DNA of 64,000 nucleotides from an uncultured bacterium (GTDB taxonomy: Bacteria > Chloroflexota > UBA5177 > JANWHV01): positions 928,001-992,000 of the forward strand of contig CAVSOU010000010.1 in the NCBI GenBank assembly GCA_963729625.1, read 5' to 3'. The position numbers and the translations under genes are program-made. The notes under the pieces are model-generated. The model was not told the DNA's origin. It did not search any database and saw nothing but the letters and a program-made list of their open reading frames with translations. Below are positions 20,422 through 29,988 of this stretch, one piece after another (position 1 is the first letter of the stretch; every line of letters begins with the position of its first letter).

Positions 20422-21618
20422 CTACGATGTGCCTGCCAGTCGCCCACGCAAGCACTCGAATACGGCTCGGCGTCCGGTCTGGTAGTCGCGACGCACCGAT
20501 TCGTACTTGCCGCCCTCCAGCAGGGCCACAACCGGTGAGTACTGCGAATTAATCACAAGCCCGGTGAAATCAAGACCGTCCAGCAGATCGCTGAAGTATT
20601 GCTCGTACTGCAAGGGAGTGAAATCGCAGACAAACAGCGCGACCTTCCTCCCCAGCTTCTCCCGCAAGCGGCGGAAGCCGTCGAGGTCGTAGAGCGTGTA
20701 GTTGTTGATCGCGCGAAGACCATCGATCGCCAGGAAGTTCTCCGCCTGGTGCGTAGCGTTGCCGCAGTAGTGCAGGCATCCTCCGTCGAAGGCGCGCAAG
20801 AGCCGTGAGTTGTAGGGCACGACGAACTCGCGGTAGTACTTCGGGGACATGATGACCGCGTCATCGTCGGAGAACCAGACGCCGGCGTGTCTGCCCGTAT
20901 ACACCTGCTGGTCCGCGATACATTCTGTCAGCGGCTCGCCAATCACCTCTTTCTGCACCTTGACCCACCGGATGAGGGCCTCGGTGACCTTCTCCATCAG
21001 CTCGTGAGCCGCCGTTGGGTAGTCTGCCATCAAGTAGATGAGCTTGTCGTAGCCCATCAGCTGGTTGGCCGTGGTGAGCGGTCCCTGCAGATCGGTGATT
21101 CCGACCGGCAGGAAGCTGTTCGACTTCATATAGCGGAGATAGTCGAGCACGCGAGGCATAAGGCCATCCCGGTGCGGATCTGGGATCTCCAGCTTCCGGA
21201 CGTCCTCCGGGGTCGTGACGGGATAGAAACGCGGATTGGCGGCGGGATCCTGCTTCGGAAAGAACTCGATCTGGCAGCCGAAAGCGGACGCGGTGACGAC
21301 TGTGCCAAGCCACGGCATCAAATAGGGAACGAAATCGTCGTCGATCTGCCGAACCTGGTCGTAGTACGTGCGCTCCTGGAAGGCCGTCATGACGGCGGCA
21401 TCCTCGCAGTACTCGGCCGGCAACACGTCCGTGTCCAGTCCGAAGATCCAGTAGAGCGAACCGTTCACACTGAACGGCGGTTCCTTGACCGGTCGAAACG
21501 CGAACACGTCGTCGGTCTTGGCCTTGACCTTTGCGAGCCGGCGCTCGAACAGGCGTTGAAAATCCTCTCGCTCAGCTGCTGAGAGCGGTTTGACCTGCGT
21601 TGCCGTTTCCATGTTCAC
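20422..21618 (-). CDS. UroD/MtaA-family protein 2
   Basis: TDLQGPLTTA, FSDDDAVIMSPKYYREFVVPY, LHYCGN; GTG start overlaps the upstream stop (GTGA). Confidence 0.82.
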   Translation of the reverse strand: MNMETATQVKPLSAAEREDFQRLFERRLAKVKAKTDDVFAFRPVKEPPFSVNGSLYWIFGLDTDVLPAEYCEDAAVMTAFQERTYYDQVRQIDDDFVPYLMPWLGTVVTASAFGCQIEFFPKQDPAANPRFYPVTTPEDVRKLEIPDPHRDGLMPRVLDYLRYMKSNSFLPVGITDLQGPLTTANQLMGYDKLIYLMADYPTAAHELMEKVTEALIRWVKVQKEVIGEPLTECIADQQVYTGRHAGVWFSDDDAVIMSPKYYREFVVPYNSRLLRAFDGGCLHYCGNATHQAENFLAIDGLRAINNYTLYDLDGFRRLREKLGRKVALFVCDFTPLQYEQYFSDLLDGLDFTGLVINSQYSPVVALLEGGKYESVRRDYQTGRRAVFECLRGRLAGTS

Positions 21619-22652
21619 TGCCTCCGATACGAGCCGTATTTCTTGGCTGACTCTACCAGCGCGTGGATGTTGTCGGCCGGCGTGTTGGGCGGCAATGCGC
21701 AACCTGGTCCGAGAATGAAGCCGCTGCCGGGTTGGCACACCGCGATCAGTTCGCGACACGCATCTTCTACCTCGCCTGGCTTTCCAAGCGCGAGCAGGTT
21801 GGTGTCGATGTTGCCGAGCAGCGTCGTCCTGCCGCGCGCTGCGTCCTTGAGCCGCCTCGCGTCGGTCTTGTGGTCAATTTCGAGCACCTGTGCGCCGGTG
21901 GCGATGTAGTCCTCGGTGATCTTCGCGGTGTCGCCGCAGATGTGCAGGTGCAGAATGATGCCGTGTTGCTTCAGCTCTTCGACCATGCGCTGCTCGTGGA
22001 TCCACGGGTATCGCCGGTAGTGCCGGGGCGAGAGCATCGCAGGTCCACCTACCGGCTCGCCAATCGACGTCGAATGGCCGCCGCACTCAATCAAGGCGAA
22101 TGCATAGCGAGTTGCCACGCGACGAGCATAGTCAAGCAGCGCATGGATCAGGTCCTCGCGTTCGCCTGTCGCTATGTCCATCATGAACTCACTCATCCCG
22201 CGCAGCTCAGCCGCCAGGTCCATCGGTCCCTGGTCTGCCCGCGCGCAGATCCACGCCTGGTCTCCGACCTCGCGCGCGAGGATGCGGGTCGCCTTAAGGA
22301 TTTCGCACATCGGGAACGCAGTATAGGGATCGGGCACCTCGAGCTCGGTCACGTCTTCGAGGGACTTCAGAAGGGGCTCACCGACGACCGGCGCTGTGTC
22401 GTCGCGGTAATACACGTGCATGCCGCATGCCTGCGCGTTGCAGGCCGTGCCGTTTTCCAGCAGGATCATGTCGTGATGAAACTCGCGCCACGCCTGCAGC
22501 ATTGACTCGGCCAAAAGCTCTCCGTCGCGGAACACTTGCGACATGGGTAGCCCCGAGGCATATGCTGCCGGCTGGAAGTTGTGCAGGTCGACCGGGACGC
22601 GGTCTGGCTCGCGCAGCTCGATAGCGGCACGAACGCGCTCAACGGAATCCAA
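21615..22652 (-). CDS. UroD/MtaA-CmuA-family methyltransferase-like protein 3
   Basis: ERVRAAIELREPDRVPV, QGPMDLA, LHICGD, LLGNID, FILGPGCALP: complete H-x-C...C zinc motif. Confidence 0.88.
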   Translation of the reverse strand: MDSVERVRAAIELREPDRVPVDLHNFQPAAYASGLPMSQVFRDGELLAESMLQAWREFHHDMILLENGTACNAQACGMHVYYRDDTAPVVGEPLLKSLEDVTELEVPDPYTAFPMCEILKATRILAREVGDQAWICARADQGPMDLAAELRGMSEFMMDIATGEREDLIHALLDYARRVATRYAFALIECGGHSTSIGEPVGGPAMLSPRHYRRYPWIHEQRMVEELKQHGIILHLHICGDTAKITEDYIATGAQVLEIDHKTDARRLKDAARGRTTLLGNIDTNLLALGKPGEVEDACRELIAVCQPGSGFILGPGCALPPNTPADNIHALVESAKKYGSYRRQ

Positions 22653-22777
22653 CTCGCCACCTTCCTCTCATGCTTCCAGTATGGTGCGCAATGCGGTAGC
22701 CTATTGGGAGATAGACCAGACGGTCGGCTCTGCCGAGGATACGGACTTTCCGCTCAATTCATGAAAGGAACCGCCAG

Positions 22778-23038
22778 ATGGCGAAGAGCACGGGCCCTGT
22801 AGCACGCGAAGCGTACCGCCGCGTGGCTCGACACCCGCGCACTCCGACGCCAGAGTCTTCCGACCGCCAAGTTGCCCTGCGCGAGGGTGCCAACAGCTTA
22901 CCGGCGGTGATCTCGATTGCTATCCTCCTCGTGATGACCGTGGTACTGGTGATCGACTTCCACTTCGATCCTTGGCTGTCACTGCTCACCTTGGTCCTAA
23001 TGGGCTCGGTCATCGCCGCGATCGCTACTGTTGGCTGA
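22778..23038 (+). CDS. Small hypothetical membrane protein (2 TM)
   Basis: AAAGGA RBS; two hydrophobic segments in the C-terminal half. Confidence 0.6.
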   Translation: MAKSTGPVAREAYRRVARHPRTPTPESSDRQVALREGANSLPAVISIAILLVMTVVLVIDFHFDPWLSLLTLVLMGSVIAAIATVG

Positions 23039-23099
23039 GCGTAGCTCAGTCGCGCCCAGACCCTAAATCACGGTAATACGGCACCTGCGGCGCTGGTCG

Positions 23100-23300
23100 T
23101 CAGATTGAAGCGCCTCTTGGGCGATACACGAAGGCCACAATTGCGGCTACAACGGCAACCGCGAAGCACGCTTCCGCGCGCCGGGAGTGCGATCCGGTGG
23201 CAATAACGGCCCCGGCGAGATACAGGATGCCTATCACAGCCAGGAGAACAGTAACACCGCAAGCGACCGTGAAGATCAGTTGGCGTTGTTGAGTGTTCAA
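23100..23300 (-). CDS. Small 2-TM membrane protein, paralogue of 23557-23766
   Basis: RQLIF..VIGILYL..G.H..A..FA..IVAFVYRP; purine-rich RBS. Confidence 0.75.
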   Translation of the reverse strand: MNTQQRQLIFTVACGVTVLLAVIGILYLAGAVIATGSHSRRAEACFAVAVVAAIVAFVYRPRGASI

Positions 23301-23556
23301 GCTCTCTCCCCTTCCATTCAGACAACCGCCGCGTCAGGACTCTCGCCGCGCTCGTTGACCGCCGACCCAGGCGATACGCTCAGTATACGCGCGCAGGGCA
23401 CTGCTGAGCGCGCTGGACGAGTGAAGCGGAGCGAGTTCCGTCTGTCACGGTCCGCATTACTAGCGCGCCGATCACTTCGGCGCCGAACGAAGAACCGCCG
23501 CGCGGGTCGGAGCGCGGCGGTCATTCAGCGTCGTCCCCATGGAACTCCGTCTGACG

Positions 23557-23766
23557 TCAGGATCTTCCAGCAATGGTCGCGCCGGGTCGGTTGAAGTTCG
23601 CCACGATCAACGACCCCGCGGCGAGCGCGAAGGACAGTACCGCGTGCTTCCAATGGAATCCGGACGGAATGAAGTGGCTCGTGAGATAGAGTATACCGAT
23701 GACGACGAACACTATGGCTGCCGCGATCGCCAGCAGAAAAACCTTCTGACGGTCATTCGCTCCCAC
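23557..23766 (-). CDS. Small 2-TM membrane protein downstream of uppP
   Basis: RQKVF..VIGILYL..GFHWKHA..FA..IVANFNRP; GGAGG RBS; hairpin 23494-23521 downstream. Confidence 0.75.
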   Translation of the reverse strand: MGANDRQKVFLLAIAAAIVFVVIGILYLTSHFIPSGFHWKHAVLSFALAAGSLIVANFNRPGATIAGRS

Positions 23767-23893
23767 AGTTTATCCTCCCTCTTAACACGCCGGCCTGCCA
23801 AACCACAACGCGGCAAGCGAACCGCAGAGCTCTCGCGAACTGCTGGTACGGAGCACGAGTCTCATTTCCAGCGTAGAATACCACCTCAGCATA

Positions 23894-24853
23894 CTAGCCG
23901 CGAAGCTTCAGGCCAACGAGCGCGAGGCTGCCCGCGGCCCAGCAGTAATATGCAAACGGAGTCAGGCGTCCGAAAGTGAAATAGCGCATCAGGAAGCGGA
24001 CACTTGCATAAGCTGCCAGCCCGGCGACCACGCCGCCCAGAACGGCATCGCCGAAAACCGATCTGCCCGATGAGCTCAACAGGCTCGGGATCTCGGCTAC
24101 ACCCGCAGCGAGAATGATCGGTGTCGCCAACAGAAACGCAAACCTCGCAGCCGCCTCATGCGTCAGCCCGGTCGCTAGGCCGGCGACCATGGTCACGCCT
24201 GAACGCGATATACCAGGCACCAGAGCAAGGGATTGAGCTCCGCCGACAAGCACGGCTTCGGTCCACGTCAACGTCGAAATGGGCCTGGGAGCACCTGGCA
24301 TCCTGGTGACGTCATGCTCAGCCTGGGCGACCAGAGCAGTCGCGCGGGCTCTAAGGCGCTCGCCAAAATACATCACGAAGCCGTTCACGACGAGGAATGC
24401 TGCCGCTATCCTAGGGTCGGCGAAGAAGTCCTTTACCCTTTGCTCGAAGAACACGGCGATGATGGCAGGAGGAACCGTTCCCACGCAGACCAGCCAGCCG
24501 AGCTTCTCCTCCGGACTGTCGCCCAGGGTGCCGCGCCGTACGCTTGCCACCATGGGTGTGACGACTGCTACCCATTCGGACCAAAAGTAGACGATCAGTG
24601 CGATCCCGGTACCCAAATGCAGCGCAACCACAAACGGCAGGAAAGTGTCCGACTTCTGATCGATATTCCAGCCAAGAAGCTTCGGCGCGATGACCGTATG
24701 CCCGAGACTGCTGATAGGGAACAGCTCTGCGACGCCCTGGAGCAGGCCCAGCAGCACGGCCTGCAGGTGACCTATGGTGGTCGTGGCCGCCGCCGCGGTT
24801 GCATGGATCGGCGCGTGCTGCAGCATCGTGGCCGCCGCGAGGATGACTAGCAC
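23894..24853 (-). CDS. uppP: Undecaprenyl-diphosphate phosphatase (BacA)
   Basis: QGVAELFPISSLGH, LHLGT, PGISRSG, AARFAFLLATP. Confidence 0.95.
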   Translation of the reverse strand: MLVILAAATMLQHAPIHATAAAATTTIGHLQAVLLGLLQGVAELFPISSLGHTVIAPKLLGWNIDQKSDTFLPFVVALHLGTGIALIVYFWSEWVAVVTPMVASVRRGTLGDSPEEKLGWLVCVGTVPPAIIAVFFEQRVKDFFADPRIAAAFLVVNGFVMYFGERLRARATALVAQAEHDVTRMPGAPRPISTLTWTEAVLVGGAQSLALVPGISRSGVTMVAGLATGLTHEAAARFAFLLATPIILAAGVAEIPSLLSSSGRSVFGDAVLGGVVAGLAAYASVRFLMRYFTFGRLTPFAYYCWAAGSLALVGLKLRG

Positions 24854-25019
24854 CTAAGACATGCTCCTTTCGGATTCGCCAATACGCGGACCCCGTGCTT
24901 CATTCGAGCAGGGCACGCCCTCCGAATCCATCACGCCCAGTGTACCGGACCGGACTGGCCTGATGGCCGGCAGGAGTATCTGGTACGACGGGCGTGAGGT
25001 CACTTGGAGCAGTCTGCCC

Positions 25020-26811
25020 TTACGGCGTGGCCGTGTCCCCTGAGGCGGCAACGGGCGTCGCGCCGCGGGCGGCAACAACGAACGTCACGCTTGCAAGGTT
25101 ATGGCCGTTGATGGTCGTGCTCACGGCATACGTGCCGGGCCCACGCGGAACGATCTGCGCGTACGCGGTGACGTCGCCCCTGTAAGGGGTCACGTCGGGA
25201 ATGTCCAGTGAGAATGAGCTTCCGTCGGGGTAATGCCAGACAAACTTGACGACGTCGCCCTTGGCCTTGCCGTGAATCTTGGCGACAGCATAGACGACCG
25301 AGGTCCCGGCCGTAAACTCAGTGGTCACTCCTTCTGGAGCATAGTGGTTGCCTACCTTGGACGCGGTAACGAGCGTGATCGTCGCGCCGTGACTTGAGCC
25401 AGGTGTCTTGGTTCCCGAGGCGGCAACAGGCGTATCGGTGCCGGAGGTCGGAGACCCGGTGCCGGCGGTAGGTGTCTCCGCGGCCCCCGTTGGAGTGATA
25501 CTCGCCAGGCTGGCGGTCGGCGTGGCTGTATCGGCTGGCGTCACCGTATCTAGCGGCGTGTTGCTGGCGACAGGCGTGCTGGACGGGATTGGCGCGGGAC
25601 TTGCCGGCGGCGTGTTCGTCTCGGGCGGAACGATAAACGTTGCCGTAGGCGGCCCGGACTGCGTGGGCACGATCAGCGGCACGCGCGTGGGCTCAACTGG
25701 CAGTCGCCGTCGCGACAAGGGTTGGCGTGGTCGTAGCGGTTGGGCCCGACGTCGCGGAATCGTTGCCCGAAATCGTGTGGTAGATCAGTACAGCCGCAAG
25801 CAGCAGGATTGCGGTCGTGATCAGTGCAGCGAACGCACCCCAGCTGCCACGACGGGCCCGATGCGGCGGAGCGGCGGCCAGTGCCTGAGATCCGGCGACC
25901 ACCGTGGGCGCCGCGCCGGCAGCGCCGGCTGCTGACGATGCGCGGCGCGCTCGAGGAACCTCCGTTTGCGCCACCACCGGCGGTGGCGGGGCCGGCTTCG
26001 CGGCGGCAGTTAGCGCCGCCATCAGCTCGTATCCAGAGTGGTAGCGCTGCGACGGATCCTTGGCAATTGCCTTGAGCACTACTGCCTCGACCGGTCTGGG
26101 CAGTTCAGGCACGAAATTCGTCGGGAGCGCCGGCGAATCGTTGACCTGAGCCATCGCGACGGCCACCGGATTGGGCCCGGCGAATGGCACGTGCCCTGTA
26201 AGCATCTCATAGAGCACCATCCCCGCAGCGTATAGATCGGACTCCGCGGTGGCCTGCTGGCCGCTCGCCTGCTCAGGGGAGAAGTACGACACGGATCCCA
26301 GGACGGTACCGGTCGCCGTCAGCGCGGAGCCAGCGAGCGCACGGGCAATGCCAAAATCGCCGACTTTCACTTCGCGTTTGTCGGTTACCAGGATGTTCTC
26401 AGGCTTGATATCGCGGTGGACCACTCCATGCGTGTGCGCGAAATCCAGCGCCGCCGCCAGCTGCCTCATGAAGCTGACCACGGTACCGAGCGGCATTGGC
26501 GCCTCACGGGCGATGATTTGTTTGAGATTGTCGCCGGGCACGTACTCCATAACCATGTAGTACTGACCGTTCTCCTCCCCCACGTCGTACACGCCGACGA
26601 CGTTGGGATGCGCGAGCGCGGCAGCCAGCCGGGCTTCTTGCTTGAAGCGTTCAATGAATTGTGGTTCGGCCGTGAATTGCTCGCGCAAAATCTTGATCGC
26701 AACGGTCCGGTCGAGCCGCGTGTCGGTGGCTCGGAAGACACGCGCCATTCCGCCGTCCCCGATCACGTCGAGGAGCTTGTAGCGACCGCCGTAGAGCCGA
26801 TCGTCGTTCAT
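25020..26811 (-). CDS. Hanks-type Ser/Thr kinase with TM helix, P/T-rich linker and extracellular beta domain (+1 frameshift near 25700)
   Basis: IGDGGMARV, VAIK, HRDIKPEN, DFGIA, YFSPEQ; TM AFAALITTAILLLAAVLIY; the 25020-25718 frame continues the P/T-rich linker. Confidence 0.88.
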
Positions 26812-27620
26812 CTATCCTCACCAGATACTCTGCCGGCCGTGCCGGCGACGCACGAACAACCTGGCCGCCAGTGGTGCCCGACACTCCCCGACGCGAGCGC
26901 CAGGGTGCGCAAGCGTCTCGGCGTATCGCGTCAACTGGCAGGCAAGTCCGTGACAGATGGATTGTAAACCGCGGCGCGCGTACCTCCAAGGGACAGTGAG
27001 CCGCAAGTCTCCGAGACTGGTGATCGCCGGTCCATGGTTACGGCACATCGTGCTTCACTCACTCGATGCACGGACAGGGCTGCCCGAATTGAACGACGCA
27101 CCTGTTGGGACAGTTGTCGGGCACACCACGCGCCGTTCGGAATGTGTATACTCTATCCAATCACCGCTGCCCATGATGGCTAGTGGAGAGTTCGACATTG
27201 TATCGTCGTCGTCTCCTAGCTTGCTTACGGACGTTCGTGTAGTTTGAGGTATGCGGGATCGTGCCACGGCATTTGAGCAAATCGACGCACTCGTCGTCGC
27301 GATTCCGCGTAGGTGGTCAGCAATGGCGCGTGCCAATCATGGTCGGATCACGTCGCGTTCGCGCCCGAAGCGAGGCGAGACCACAAATTGGCTTTGCTAA
27401 AGGAGGTTGAAGAGAGCAGATACTGACCGGAAGGGAGGAGTAGACGGCGCGACCTGCGGGTCGGGCATGACAAGTGCCGGAGCTGCATCAGGTAGTGCGT
27501 CGAACTCCTGTAGCAGCGTGGGACACGTAATCAATGATCGGCTCGCAGATAGTTGTTGCTCTGCCATGGCTATCAATTCATTCATCCCAGGAATTGCTGC
27601 ATAAGTGAGGGAATGTACCC

Positions 27621-28925
27621 ATGACGAAATCTCAACAGGCGCTTCGTGGACTCGGAGCGGTTGCCCTGGCTTCACTCCTGTTAGGCAATGCCATGCCGCG
27701 GGCGGCTCATGCGACGGCAAGCCGCGCCAGTGCGACGGTAACCATCGGCGTCAGCGTTCCGATCCTCCAGCTGGCCGACCTTGCCAACGGTATCGCCCGA
27801 GGCGTAAAGGTTGCGGCAGCCCAGGCAAATGCCAGTAACTTGGTGCCCGGCGTCACGTTTAAGGTCACGGTCCTGGACGATACTATCAATAACGCCAACA
27901 ACCCCGAGAAGGATGCCGCGAACGCCCGTTCGTTCATCGCGGACAACACGGTAATCGGCGAGGTGGGCCCGCTCAACACCGGTTCCGCCAAAGGTTCCGA
28001 GGCGGTATACAACCAGGCCGGACTGCTGCAGATCAGCCCCTCAAACACGAATCCCGACCTGACGAATCCCAAGTTTCGCGCCAAGTACGAGCCGCGCACC
28101 GCGTCTGGTAAAGGCCCTATCACCTACTTCCGCACGGTAACAAACGACATCCATCAGGGCCAGGATGACGCGGTCTATGCCGTGAAAGTGCTCAAGGCCA
28201 AGCGGATAGCCGTGACCGACAATACCGACCCATACGGCGTTGGCCTTGCCTCGTACTTCAAGTCAGAAGCCGTGAAGCTGGGCGCCACGATTGTCGGTAC
28301 CGGCGAGCTGGACCTCACGCAGCCCAAGCTGGGAGCGGACCAGGTAGCCCGAAATATCGCCAACGTCAGTGGCGGCAAGGTCGACCTGGTGTTCTTTGGC
28401 GGCGAGTATGACCCACATGCCGGTGGCGGCACCTTCCTCGCCGACGCTCTCAAGGCAGCAGGTTTGAACAGTTACTTCATGGGCGGCGATGGTCTCTACT
28501 CTCAGGACTTCATCACCCCCAGCGCCAACGGCGGCGTGCTGAAGGCCTACGCCAGCAGCATCGGACCCGATGCCCAGAACTTCCCCGCCGCGAAGTCCTT
28601 TCTGGCCGCGGAAGCCAAGCAGTTCCCTGGCACTAACACGGCTGCGTACGACGTCGAGTCCTACGATGCGGCAAACCTGATCATCCAGGCCTATGCTCAG
28701 GCCGTGAAGGCCGGCAAGGTCAAGGTCGGCCAGGCAGAGGACGTCGCCTCCCGCTCGATCCTCGCCAGCTATGTTGGCATGACCAAGAACTATCCCGGCG
28801 GGTCAGGCAGCATCACCTTCGACGCCAACGGCGACCTCACCAGTTTCGTCGTCTCGATGTACAAGGTCGTCGGCTCCGGCAAGACCGCTCACTGGATTTA
28901 CGCCGGCCTGGCGCCACAGCCTTAG
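27621..28925 (+). CDS. livK: Branched-chain amino acid-type ABC transporter substrate-binding protein
   Basis: Signal peptide; VGPLNTGSA, QISPSNTNPDLT, YFRTV, MGGDG, YDAA; first gene of a liv operon. Confidence 0.88.
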   Translation: MTKSQQALRGLGAVALASLLLGNAMPRAAHATASRASATVTIGVSVPILQLADLANGIARGVKVAAAQANASNLVPGVTFKVTVLDDTINNANNPEKDAANARSFIADNTVIGEVGPLNTGSAKGSEAVYNQAGLLQISPSNTNPDLTNPKFRAKYEPRTASGKGPITYFRTVTNDIHQGQDDAVYAVKVLKAKRIAVTDNTDPYGVGLASYFKSEAVKLGATIVGTGELDLTQPKLGADQVARNIANVSGGKVDLVFFGGEYDPHAGGGTFLADALKAAGLNSYFMGGDGLYSQDFITPSANGGVLKAYASSIGPDAQNFPAAKSFLAAEAKQFPGTNTAAYDVESYDAANLIIQAYAQAVKAGKVKVGQAEDVASRSILASYVGMTKNYPGGSGSITFDANGDLTSFVVSMYKVVGSGKTAHWIYAGLAPQP

Positions 28926-28942
28926 GCTTCGACGCAATGGCC

Positions 28943-28983
28943 CAGAGCAGGAGGGGCGGCAGCGCGCCGTCCCTCCTGCTCTG
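28943..28983 (+). terminator. Strong stem-loop between SBP and permease genes (partial terminator or mRNA stabiliser)
   Basis: CAGAGCAGGAGGGGCGGC-loop-GCCGTCCCTCCTGCTCTG. Confidence 0.6.
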
Positions 28984-29016
28984 TGAACATCACACCGAAC
29001 CTTACACTATGCGAGG

Positions 29017-29988
29017 TTGCGTTTGAACCAGTTCTTAACAGACTTACCGAACACGCTGGTGAGCGGCCTGGCGCTGGGGATGATGTATGCGCTTATTGCC
29101 CTCGGCTATACGCTGGTATACGGCATCCTGGAGCTGATCAACTTCGCGCATGGCGACGTGTTCATGCTGGGAGGCCTGTTCTCGTGGGCAATACTCCAGG
29201 ATCTGTTTGGAGGCCCAATAAGCAACAACTATGGTGTGCTCACGGGCGGTATGCTGATTGCCGCTTTTGTCGTGGCATTTATGGTTGCAATGGCGGGCTG
29301 TGGTGCGGTCGGCTTTGTCATCGAGCGCTTCGCCTATCGACCTTTGCGCGGGGCGCCCAAGCTCGCGCCGCTTGTCACGGCAATCGGCGTCTCATTCATC
29401 ATCGAAAATGCAACCCTGGTCTGGCAGATAGGCACGAATAATGGTGCGATCTCCTACCCCAGCCTGATCAATCCGCAGTACCTGCCGTTCCTGGGTCTCA
29501 GCATTTCCAATAAGGCCATTATCGTTTTTATTACCGCGCCGCTGCTCATGATGGGCCTTCTGTACCTGGTTGGCAGCACGAAGATCGGAAAGGCGATGCG
29601 CGCCACGGCTCAAGATCCCGAGGCCGCTCGCATGATGGGGATCGACATAAATCGCGTCATTTCGTTCACCTTTGTCGTCGGCTCCATCCTCGCCGGCGCC
29701 GCCGGTGTGATCTACGGTCTGTACTACAATTCGATCGACTATTCCATTGGTTTCCTGGCCGGGCTCAAGGCATTCACGGCCGCCGTATTGGGCGGTATCG
29801 GGAATATCCGGGGCGCCATGCTTGGCGGCCTGCTCGTGGGAGAAGTTGAGGCGCTGGTGGATGCCATCGACGCATCCCAGGGAGTCGGCCTGCAGTGGGC
29901 CGAGCCTGCGGTGTTTGCAGTACTGATGATGGTGCTGATCTTCCGGCCCACCGGCTTGCTCGGCGCTCAAGTCGTGGATAAGGCATGA
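29017..29988 (+). CDS. livH: Branched-chain amino acid ABC permease
   Basis: YALIALGYTLVYGILELINFAHG, GKAMRA, KAFTAAVLGGIGN. Confidence 0.93.
   Translation: MRLNQFLTDLPNTLVSGLALGMMYALIALGYTLVYGILELINFAHGDVFMLGGLFSWAILQDLFGGPISNNYGVLTGGMLIAAFVVAFMVAMAGCGAVGFVIERFAYRPLRGAPKLAPLVTAIGVSFIIENATLVWQIGTNNGAISYPSLINPQYLPFLGLSISNKAIIVFITAPLLMMGLLYLVGSTKIGKAMRATAQDPEAARMMGIDINRVISFTFVVGSILAGAAGVIYGLYYNSIDYSIGFLAGLKAFTAAVLGGIGNIRGAMLGGLLVGEVEALVDAIDASQGVGLQWAEPAVFAVLMMVLIFRPTGLLGAQVVDKA

Noticed and set aside
24851-24862. In-frame ATG-TCT-TAG directly before the uppP GTG, as possible stop readthrough
   Set aside because: The AAGGAG RBS is 1 nt from that ATG but suitably spaced for the GTG, so GTG is the simple start
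25690-25720. Programmed ribosomal frameshift giving short and long kinase forms
   Set aside because: No slippery heptamer or stimulatory structure; same +1 pattern as four other sites, so sequencing error is more likely
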